Source: Octopus vulgaris
Taxonomy: Eukaryota
DNA: 64,000 nucleotides
Reading direction: 5' to 3'
Assembly (NCBI GenBank): GCA_951406725.2
Contig: OX597821.1
Coordinates: 60,450,001-60,514,000 of the forward strand
The stretch's first letter is position 1. Every line of letters starts with the position of its first letter. The notes beneath the pieces were generated by a model. The model did no database searches. It was given only the letters and a program-made list of their open reading frames with translations, and had not been told where the DNA came from. Positions 30,885 to 41,396 of this stretch are shown piece after piece. The position numbers and the translations under genes are program-made.

Positions 30885-31186
30885 ACAATTGCAGAGTGGA
30901 AAGTGTTTATAAGCCATTTAAGAAACACACAAAAACTGTTAGATTCACTTCAACATTTAAATTTAATTTGTCAAAATATTTTCGTCGCTTTTGTCAGTGA
31001 ACAGGTCGCGGTCTCAAAGCGACGAAAATATTTTGACAAATTTAATTTAAATGTTGAAGTGAATCTAACGGTTTTTGTATGTTTCTTAAATGGCTTATAA
31101 ACACCTTCCACGCTGCAATTGTTTTCGTTCCAACAGATTTTTCGTTCTCAGATCAGGTCACTTGCTATGCAAGTAATCTCCGTGAT
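30885..31186 (+). mobile_element. Microsatellite-embedded short repeat with a 107-bp fold-back and a hammerhead-like motif
   Basis: Inverted arms at 30885-30991 and 31016-31122. A second, non-folded copy lies at 46843-47040. Confidence 0.75.
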
Positions 31187-31739
31187 ATATATATGTATAT
31201 ATATGTATATAAAAAATAACTTTTCAGGAACGACAATGGTTTATTGACGTACAAGGAAGTAAATTTTTTCCCATATCGAAATTCGATAAGTAGAAAAAAG
31301 TTAATTTATATCCCACAGTTAGCAGCTGGGGTTGCCATGTGTGCAAATAAAAATCAAAATTTAGGAAATGGAGTAGATAAAATCGCAGGTAGCATATGTT
31401 TCATAGCTAGTAGAACCTCGGAAGTAATAATTACCCAAACGAGGGCTCCTACGTTAGCTATTCATCAGGCTAAGGATAGCTTAGTCAAATGACGGTTATA
31501 CTGATGTCAAGGGATCGCATATTAACTCGCAGGAGAATTGATCGAAAAAACCCCCAATCTCTTGCGAGGTAACACGGGATGGATCCCTTGACGGCAATCT
31601 AGCTTTCATTTGACTAAGGTATCTTTGGCCTGACGAGTAACTAGCAGAGTACCCCTCGTTTGGGTAATTACTACTTTCGAGTTTCTGCATGCTTAGAAAC
31701 ATATGCAACCTGAATTTTATCTATTCCATTCCCTAAAGT

Positions 31740-31774
<35 letters not shown>

Positions 31775-31961
31775 CTAATGTAGGATAAAATTTTTTCGAA
31801 AAAAAATTTTATCAATGGCCAGCATATCAAAAAATACCTTTAAAGGTTAAGTTTATAAATAACTTATAAAATAAGGGCAAAAGAAAGATTCTAATGCCAC
31901 ATATGCCGAAAAAAAAGACAAAATTGTCAATAACCATTATAATTTATGCGTCTCGAAACAT

Positions 31962-33150
31962 CACTATCATCCTCGATGATAGTGATGCTGTTGACATCGT
32001 TTTATTGGACTTTGCCAAAGCTTTTGACTCGGTAAACCACCGCCTACTACTTGTCAAGCTTCAAGCATATAGTTTCCATCCGGATATTGTACGATGGGTT
32101 GGTGCCTTCCTCTCAGATCGCTCCTTCCAAGTTCAAGTTAATGGTTCGCGGTCCGACGTCTCCAGTGCGAGCAGTGGCGTGCCTCAAGGTTCAGTGCTTG
32201 GGCCCTTGTTGTTCTTAGTCTTCATAAATGACTTGCCCGACGACCTCACGCAACACACCCTTCTATTTGCCGACGATATCAAACTGGTCGCTCCTCGCGG
32301 TAGTATAGAGGATCTTCGTCGATGCCTCCACCAAATTTGGAAGTGGTCTAACGATTGGGACCTGTGTCTGAACGTGTCAAAGTGCTGTCATCTGCCTGTC
32401 GGCTCTACTCCTGCAACTCAACTTGATTTCGAGCCGGGTCGTCTGCTGCTGGAGAGGACCGGTCAGGTAAAGGACCTGGGTATCTTGGTGGATTCCTCCT
32501 TTTCGCCTTCGGCCCAGTGCGTCCATGCTGCCAACAAAGCGCGCGGAATTCTGTTTTTGATTCGACGGTCATTCGGAATGCTCACAGCAGCCATATTCCT
32601 GCCACTCTATGTCACGCTGGTGAGACCCATATTGGAGTATGGGATTCAAGCCTCTTCTCCTTATCTCCTCAAAGACATACAGCACCTCGAAAGAGTCCAG
32701 AGGCTGGCTACCCGCATGGTTCATGGTCTCAAAAATTTGTCCTACGAAGAAAGGCTGAGGACGCTCGACCTTTGTTCTTTGAAAAACGCCGCCGCCGTGG
32801 TGATCTCATTCTCGCCCACAACATCATAAGCGGGAAGTGTAACCTCTCGAAAGAGCTGTTCTTCACTCCTGCTCCGGAGCGTCGGCTGCGGGGTCATTCC
32901 GAAAAGCTCTACCTGCGACGATTTCATCTCAATCGAAGGAGAGGAGCTTTCCCCGTCCGGGTTGCGGATCCGTGGAACAAGCTGCCAGACGAGATGGTGA
33001 AGATGCCGACGACCGCTTTGTTCAAAGCCTCCCTGGACCTCAAGTGGCCTGAACTCTTTACATGAACACCACCCTGTACTTAACTCCATGTCCCCCTACA
33101 TGGCCTTGCTATTTGCTTTTGAGCCAAATTAACTAACTAACTAACTAACT
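31962..33150 (+). mobile_element. Young 5'-truncated CR1-like LINE with a (CTAA)n tail
   Basis: LDFAKAFDSVNH, SGVPQGSVLGPLLFLVFINDLP, LFADDIKL, VRPILEY, RRRRGDLI, LRGH, WNKLP. One frameshift at ~32780 and a 5-bp TSD aacat (31957-31961 / 33151-33155). Confidence 0.92.
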
Positions 33151-33248
33151 AACATGTCGATAGAAATTTCTAAAAAATTCCGTTATTACCGTATTGGTCC
33201 CAATTTTTCCATGGGTATGAGTAAGTATTTCATTTATGTCTTACGTAT

Positions 33249-33309
33249 TTATCGCTGACGAGGGGAAAATTCTTATGAATTAACCCCGAAATTGGGACCA
33301 ATACGGTAA
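33249..33309 (+). ncRNA. Type I hammerhead ribozyme motif with a canonical core
   Basis: UUAUCG-CUGACGA-GGGG(18-nt loop)CCCC-GAAA-UUGG ga CCAA-UA-CGGUAA. All three stems and the NUH site are present. Confidence 0.8.
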
Positions 33310-33438
33310 TAACGGAATTTTTTTAGAAATTTCTATCGGCATGTTTCGAGACGCATAAATTATAATGGTTATTGACAATTTTGTCTTTTTTTCAGCATAT
33401 TTGGCATTAGAATTTTTCTTTTACCCTTATTTTATAAG

Positions 33439-33477
<39 letters not shown>

Positions 33478-33481
33478 AATG

Positions 33482-33536
<55 letters not shown>

Positions 33537-34360
33537 GTAGCGAGGGAGAGAGAGAGAGAGTAATAAACACACACACTAACATATTCTTATTATAGTCTAT
33601 AAAGACTCTGCCATTGCACGTGCTAGGCACGTATGTCGGATCAATTTGTTATCATTTTGGCAGGATTTGTTCACTTTTGTTTTTAGATCTTGTATCCCAT
33701 TTCCGTGCTAAGATTGATAGCTTTGAAGCAAGAGAAGTACCATCAGGGTTTCTTATTACAATTCGGGTACGCGCGCACACACACGCACACGCATGCACAC
33801 ATACGCACACAAACATGCACATTCCTACGCATTAATAAGTAGACACACGCGCAAATGCACGCATGTTTCTGCCTCTCGCCCACATCGACAGAACAATAGC
33901 TTCGGTTTGCAAGCCGATGAGGTAGTTCTCATGTGGATGCGTGGCTTGCTAGAAATAGTAACCAAATATCACTGAGGCCATATCCTATCGCTCTAAAAGA
34001 CGAAAGACACATTAAATAGTTTCTGGATGCACTATACTGCTGTAAGAAAGAGAATGGTTACAACTTCTCCTCAGAGTTGAATTTCTGCTAACTAGCAGTA
34101 GCAGTAGCAGCAGCAGCATTTCACTGAATGGTGTACTTGTATTCTCCAATGTTATTGTTTCCATGTAAACATGTGAAAATTCTGTGTAAACAAGGAAACG
34201 GTGGCGATTTAAATTTTGCAAATAGAATCATAAGCCTTCACCGTATATTGACTATAGAAAATAGTCAAATATTAGGTTATATAAAATTCCGTAATGGAAA
34301 AAAAAATGGGCAATTCCTTAATATTAGCCTATTTTCCATAGTCAATATACGGTGAAAGAT

Positions 34361-34575
34361 GGCGGCGAGCTGGCAGAATAGTTAACAAGTCGGATAAAAT
34401 GCTTAGCGATGTTTCGTCGGTTTTTACGTTATGAGTTCAAATTCCGCCGCGGTCGGTTTTGCTTTCATCGTTTCAAGATCGATGAAATAAATATCGGTTG
34501 AGCACTAGAATCAATGTAATCGACTTTCAATCTCCCCCAAACTAACTGGCCTTGCACCAAAATTCAAAACCAATT
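34361..34575 (+). mobile_element. SINE family D
   Basis: ggcggcgagctggcagaatagtta...gagttcaaattccgccgcggtcg. Confidence 0.7.
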
Positions 34576-34815
34576 TACGGCGAAGGCATGAAGTTCTATT
34601 TACAAAATTTGTTTATGTTACTGTTGTCAGCATTGATCAAATAAACGTAGTATTAATGACATTCCAGCTCTGGCCATCACATCTTTTAATTTCAGTAATT
34701 AAAATCTTTGAGTTGCTTTCCCCTCCCTAACTTTTGGACCAGAATTAGTTTTATTTTGGAAAGTGATTGTTTCCATAACTAAGGGTGTAATTTAACCCCC
34801 GCCTTGCCCTGCACT

Positions 34816-35105
34816 CGTGAAGGTGCATCGATTAGTGGTTAGGGTGTTTGGTTTAAGGCACGTAGTGTTTGTGTCCTTGAGTAAGACACATTATTTCACG
34901 TTCCTCTGGCAAAAATAAGTGTTACTTGTATGTCAAATGGCCAACTTTGTCACATTCTGTGTCATCTTGAATCTCCCCGAGAACTACGTTAAGGGTATAC
35001 GTGTCTGTGGAGTGCTCAGCCACTTGCACGTTAATTTCACGAGCAGTCTATTCCGTTGATCGGATCATCTGGAACCGTTGTCGTCGTAACCGACGGAGTG
35101 CCACT
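34816..35105 (+). mobile_element. Diverged CORE-like SINE (head C, different tail)
   Basis: gtgaaggtgcatcgattagtggttagggtg...gtccttgagtaagacac...gtcgtaaccgacggagtgcca. Confidence 0.6.
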
Positions 35106-35256
35106 AAATAGAGAAAAAACCCCCTTCATTTGAAGAGTCCATGCTTATTAAAAAGACTAAAACATTCGACTAATAAAATAAATATAAATAATCATCTCTT
35201 GATAAACTGTAAAATATTTCTATTCTCTTTTTACAGTCTTTTAAAAAAAACCAGCA

Positions 35257-35332
35257 ATGCCTATGTTACTTATGCTTGGTTTTCTGACCATGGTATTCGG
35301 ATTACTGCCTCAAGCGACAGAAATAACGAAAG
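35257..35332 (+). CDS. Putative first coding exon of a host gene encoding a signal peptide (MPMLLMLGFLTMVFGLLPQATEITK, phase-1 intron follows)
   Basis: Polypyrimidine acceptor tttctattctctttttacag ends at 35236. ATG at 35257 has a purine at -3. It encodes a hydrophobic 25-aa stretch and ends at a consensus donor AAG|GTGAGT (35333). It lies in non-repetitive sequence. Confidence 0.6.
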
Positions 35333-36131
35333 GTGAGTTTAATCAAATGTTTCTCTTTTCCTTGTTTCCCTGTTGATAAATAAAAACTGTTGATTGAAAA
35401 CTGGTTTTCTTTTAACGTTCTGTCAATAATTAAAATTTTATTTACATAAACATTGAATCACCATGTAATTACTAGGAAACAAAGAAAAAGAAAAAAAAGG
35501 GGGAATTAAGCAGCAGAGAATGGGGGGAGGGAGTAACAGGTTGTATACCCCAGAACGAATGGCGTGTTTAGCCGCACCCTGCTGTCATTACCGCAATAGT
35601 GTTACCGCGGATAATGGCCAGCGAAACACCCTGCAGCAGCCACCCGAACTCCCGGGGATCATTTCTCAAGACGGCCGCGATTATTCCAATTTTGCGGAGG
35701 AAATCGGCAGTTCGGGTCCGAGAACATCCGAAGTTCCGGCAGCGACCGGAACAAATCAACAACGGTCGGTCAGGCTCCTGTATTTATTTATTTATTTATT
35801 TATTTATTTATTTTCTCTTCTCTGCGTTACGGGCGGCGACACCCGGGTTTGCGGTCGATGTAGCAACGTTGGAGCCAGAGAACTTGTCACAACACGTTAC
35901 GTCCCAGATTAGGGATCTGTTTCCCTTGTAATTTCGTTCTGGTGGGAATTTGTTCATCACTTAACCCACACAAACACTCGTACGCTTGCTTTTTAGCATA
36001 TCAGGCAAGAAGAGTTTCAAATGAGTGGCACTGTAAGATATCGATTCAGGAAAATTATCAAACAAAACGCCGACCAATAACAAAAAGGTCCCAAACACAA
36101 CACAAAACTGCTCATTATTATAAACTAAATT

Positions 36132-36586
36132 AAGGCGGCGTGCTGACTGAATCATTAACACGCCGGGCGAAATGCTTAGCCGTATTTCATCTACCGCTAC
36201 GTTCTGAGTTCAAATTCTGCCGTGGCCGACATTGCCTTTCATCTTTTCGGGGTCGATTAAATAAGTTCCAGTTACACACTGGGGTCGATGTAATCGACTT
36301 AATCCCTTTGCCTGTCCTTGTTTGTCCCCTCTATGTTTAGCCCCATGTGAGCAATAAAGAAATAATTTAAAGGCGGTGTGCTAGCAGAATCGTTAGTACG
36401 CCGGACGAAATGCTTAGGGGCATTTCGCCTGTCTTTACGTTCTGAGTTCAAATTCCGCCGAGGTCGACTTTGCCTTTCATCCTTTCGGGGTTGATAAATT
36501 AGGTACCAGTTGCGTACTGGGGTCGATGTAATCGACTAGCCACCTCCCCACCAAATTTTGAAGGCCTTGTGCCTCGAGTAGAAATA
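36132..36586 (+). mobile_element. SINE family D dimer
   Basis: Two units with heads at ~36133 and ~36371. Flanking duplication attattataaactaaa. Confidence 0.8.
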
Positions 36587-36919
36587 ATTATTATAAACTA
36601 AAATTGTAAATTATACAAACAAGTATTTTTTTTACTTAAACGATTTATGTTTATATTTGTTGTAGAATGTCTTAATTTTTATCTTTTACTTGTTTCAATC
36701 ACTGGACTGTGGCCATACTGGGGCACCGCCTTGGGTTTAGTCAAACAAATCGACCACAGTAGTTATTTTTTTAAAGCATGGTACTTTTTCTATTGTTTAC
36801 TAGGACGTAAACAAACCAACTCTGGTTGTCAAGTAATACTATCACAAATACACACGTACACATATATGACGAGCTTCCTCATAGCTCTGTCCACCAAATT
36901 CAATTCTTCGTAATGTTTT

Positions 36920-37560
36920 TTTCTAAGCCGCTATAGTTTGGCTGCTTTGCTAAAACTCTCTTCAGTAATTCTTACAAGTGACATATTTAGTTTTCCATAC
37001 AACTTAATAATGTATATGTTTTACCGTCTTAAATCCTTCATTAAATCCAATTTCTAAAGACCCATCATTTCTATGAAAGAAACTTATCTGTCTCTTCAGT
37101 ATGTAACCACTTAGTGACACACCTCTTCCTTCCACTCGCACGGTTTTCATAATTTTTGTTCTATTGAACGTTTATATTTAAGCTCACACCTTTGTCAGTA
37201 TCTTCAATCTTGCATATCATCCTTTGTATTTTTGATGTTTAATAAAAATAATAATAATAGTTTATTAGAATAACAAACAAAAGAGGTGACAGAAAACCAT
37301 CCTACTGCATTCTACTCTTAAAAGAAATTCATTTAAAAGTTGACCGTCCCCGATGTATTGCACCTTAGATTGGTATGCTTTACCAACAAACTATTGTTAA
37401 ACTATGTGCCTTGTCAAAAGATTTTTAAAGTCTGCAAAGCCAGTATGAAAGGCTGTGTGAATTCAATATACTGCTGTAAAATGTGTCTGAGCAAAAACAT
37501 AATCTCACGGTCGCTGGAAGCTTGTTTGTTCGTATTAGCATAATTACCAATACAATCTGT
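36920..37560 (-). mobile_element. Degenerate RTE-like LINE RT fragment
   Basis: FLLRHILQQYIEFTQPFIL..FADFK..FDK, Q*DGFLSPLLFVI and SLNINV..TKIM. Confidence 0.55.
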
Positions 37561-37879
37561 ATTCTATTCAGTACCGCTAAACTGAACATTTGAACACTAT
37601 TATTTAAGGTTATAACCCTCTAATTGTCGCACTCTCTGAGATCCTCGTTTTTGGTATCCTAGTTACTTCGCCGACCCTCCAATCTTCAGGTGTCTGTTCA
37701 ATTTACCATATGTTATAAAAAGAGCTTCAATAATGCTCATGTAATCATCTTATTCGGTTTTAGCATTTCTGACTGTATTTCCATCTAAAAGAGAATCCTT
37801 TCTGGTTTGTAATTTCTGTATTTGTCTTTGTTGCTTCTTCAACGATTATTTTAGATTTAATGTTAAAAAAAAAATGTTC

Positions 37880-38290
37880 AAGGCCAACATTACCCAAACG
37901 ACCTGAACATTAGTTTCAAGGTTTATTTAAGGCTGGGACCACGGGCCATACGTCCCCTGCCCAATTCAGGATCACAGCATATAGGTACACTGCAACATAA
38001 TTTCTTTTCCTCAACAGGCCCTGCCCTGTTTAACATTGTCCCAAAAGAGATCAAAGAGGAAAAAGATCCCATCACCTTTAAACGGAGTCTGGACAGATTT
38101 CTTCAAGGAATACCGGATAAACCACCCATACCTGGATACAACTCACTCCACAACAACTCACTACTTGAATGGACCATAAACAAAACTTGACTTAAACAGG
38201 ATTTAGATAATCCTATCAGGTGGTGCTATTAAGTCAGAAATGGCCTGGGCCAATCTTTAGTCGAAACATATCTAAGTTTATCTAAGGTAT
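37880..38290 (+). mobile_element. CR1/L2-group LINE 3' end
   Basis: PNDLNISFK..RLGPRA...GPALFNIVPKEIK...FKRSLDRFLQGIPDKP..PGY..NNSLLEW*, followed by a (tctaag) tail. Confidence 0.75.
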
Positions 38291-38941
38291 ACTGGCGTTC
38301 TCTATAACTCAAAAATGTTCCCGTCGGATTGTAATGGAGTGGAAAAGAATGATATCATTAATATGGAGTTCATAAATATGAAGTAAATATCTAGGGAGGA
38401 AACATATTTACAAACAGGGTTTCATGATGAAACCTAAATTATTTTAAGAGAACTTCTTAACTCTAAATTATCTAAGTTTTTTAAAAGCTGTATGAACTAT
38501 AAAATTGTACAAATTTCGAAGCTTTTTTTTCTCCATACAGTTTTCTCTTCTTTCCTTATTCCTCCTAGTATCAAGTAAGCTGTGGATGAGTGATTTTCCT
38601 TTGGTATAGTTTATAACATGATTTCTGTATATATCACCTTAGTGTCGTGCAGTAATACAGTGTGATATATAGCAACGGGGTAACGGGGTAACACCAATTG
38701 TCTCCATTTGGTGTATTCCCAAATACCCTTCCAACAACTGTAACCAATCAAAAACAACTCTTAACGAGCTATAACAACTTCTCAACAATTTCCTGCGACT
38801 CCATGAACTCACGAACGGCACCTTTCGACTTCCTCTCACGTTCTCAGTCAAAACACGCTGCTACTTATACGAGTTCGGCTAGTCCATTTTCACAGGGGGT
38901 TTCATGATTCTCGCCATAACAGTATAAAACAGTACCAGTAA

Positions 38942-39458
38942 TCTATATATATAAAACTGTAGTTGTGTGAGTGTCTGTCTCCTACGATTTAGATTCCTAA
39001 CTCCTCCCACATTTTGCGGTGCAGTTTAACCAAATTCGGGTATCTTATAGTCGTGATTAATATCGAGCCCGTCTGGCTATTAGCGCGCGTCTACGATGAG
39101 TCTACGATTTTAAAAATAATTTAATATCATTTTTTATTCCATTTTAATGCATAATTTTTCGTGTGTCGATGGCGGCGGAGTTGGCGTCCACGCTCAAACA
39201 CCTGCACCTGTGTTTGCTTCTCCCCCTTCTTCCCTCCCTCGTGAAGCTGTGGGGAAGGTAGTTTAAGGAAATCAACGTCGTAATGCGTTGTCAAGGAGAC
39301 CAGCGTTCTTTTAGAACAACGACTTCATGGCTTGAAGACACCAAAACAGAAATGGCTAAGAAAGCCCGAATTGGCATCTATAAAGGAAGTAACTCTCTAA
39401 AAATGCTTATATAGTTATTTCCCTTACAAACCCGAGCAACGCCAGGCGATACTGCTAG
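38942..39458 (+). mobile_element. Non-autonomous Helitron (517 bp)
   Basis: 5' TCTATATATATAAAA; 3' imperfect hairpin cccgagcaacgccagg followed by CTAG. Inserted between host A (38941) and T (39459) with no TSD. Confidence 0.88.
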
Positions 39459-40112
39459 TAAAATATAAAACCAAAAGACAATTTTTTTCTCAGTCACAGA
39501 CTCCGAAATCGAAATTTGCAAGCGGAGCTAATCAGAGTTGAGTATGTAATGGGGTTCAATGTGCATTATCATAACCCAAGTAATTTTTCTCACAAACTGT
39601 GGAAATGTTTTGCTTATACGTAATCTTTGTGGAAAATAAGAATTGGACAAAATAGGGAACAGAAAAAAATGGAGTCGAAATACACGTCTAAAATAGCCAT
39701 TAGTATTGTACTCCACGGTTCTCAACCGCTCGGAAAAGCAAACTTTTCTATGCGTATATTTCTAAAGCATTCTCAATGATGATCATAATCTCTTAGTTTC
39801 CTTACATCGGGATTCTTATCCTCATCTTGATCCTTTTGCTGGTTTTGTCTCTTTTGAATAACATACTAATACAACCAATACTTTATCATTCAGAGCAAAC
39901 ACTGAAAACAAACGTCATTAAATTTATTGATTTCTTACAATGGTATCAAGGCAGTAAACTGAGGGGCAATGCCGTTGAGATTCTATGACGCTCATACAGT
40001 TCTCAAAGATAGCAGTGTAGTTAACTTACTACAAATCAGAAACATAGTAGATGCTTACGTCTGTCTACTCTGGAGCGGTTTTCTTTCAGTTTAACACTAT
40101 TATTGTAATGTA

Positions 40113-41396
40113 CTGGGCTGGCAACTAAGTTCCCACCCGCTTTTTAAAATTTTGGAATTTATTGCGTTTTTAAACTTTGGAATCTATTTTTTTCGAGAAT
40201 TCTATTTTTGAATCATTTTGGAATCTATTTTGTTTTTTTTCTAGTTAATTTTTGTTTATTTTCAGATCATTAAAATAGAATGTCAAGTTAAGAAAAACGA
40301 GCATTTTTGACACCTCCTTTTTGTTTTTTATCAAGTTTCTAAGGCCGCAAAAGCTGCTCGCGACATTTGTGCTGTGTATGGAGAGGGTGCAATAGCTGAA
40401 AGAACCGCTTGTGATTGGTATGCCAAGTTCAAAAATAGAAATTTTGACCTCAAAGACGCACCTCGTTCTGGCCGTCCAGTTAAGTTCGATGAAGAGCGAT
40501 TAAACCAACTTTTGCACGAAAATTCTCGTCAAACGACAAGGGAAGTGGCAGAGAAAATGGAAAGTTCCCACACTGCTAGAGAAGCATCTTCACTCAATGG
40601 GAAAGGTTCAGAAGTATGGAGCATGGGTCCAGCATGCTTTAAGTGACAACAACAAAAATCAACGATCCACAATCTCCGCTGGTTTGCTTGCTCGTCACCG
40701 CTCAACTCATGGACACAAGCAACGATTTCTTTACCGAATCATTACTGGCGACGAAAAATGTTGCCTGTACATCAATATGAAGCAGCGTAAGGAATGTATT
40801 AGCCCCGGTAAACAAGCGACACCGCGCGTGAAACAAGATCTTCATCCACGTAAAACGATGTTGTGCGTACAGTGGGACTGGGAAGGGATTATCCATTACG
40901 AATTGCTTGAATGGAACCAAACGGTCATCGCGGAACTTTATGTTCAACAGATGGAACGAATCAACACGGCTATTCAAGAGAAAAGACCTAAGCGGCAGCA
41001 TGGAATTATTCTGCTGCACGACAACGCCCGCTCTCATATCGCCAATATGACCAAGGACGCCATTCAAACGCAAGGCTGGGAAGTTCTGCCACACCCGCCG
41101 TACTCTCCTGATTTGGCACCAACGGATTTCCACCTCTTTCGATCTCTTTCAAATGCTATGCGCAGAGTTTCGTTCAATACTGATGCAGAATTGAGAGCTT
41201 GGTTGGATCAATTTTTCGAGTCGAAATCGGGTGATTTCTACCAACGAAGTATTGAAAATATTGTTGAACGTTGGGAAAAAGTTGTAAGCAACAAGAGTGA
41301 ATACATTATTGATTAATTAATTGTTCTTTTTTTTTTATTAAACCTTTTAAAAATTAAAAATTTTTAAAAACGGCGGGAACTTAGTTGCCAACCCAA
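40113..41396 (+). mobile_element. Full-length mariner (DD34D), frameshifted
   Basis: TA TSDs and TIRs ctgggctggcaactaagttcc / ggaacttagttgccaacccaa. Motifs DAPRSGRP, WVQHAL, ITGDEK, LHDNAR and HPPYSPDLAPTDFHLF. Confidence 0.93.
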
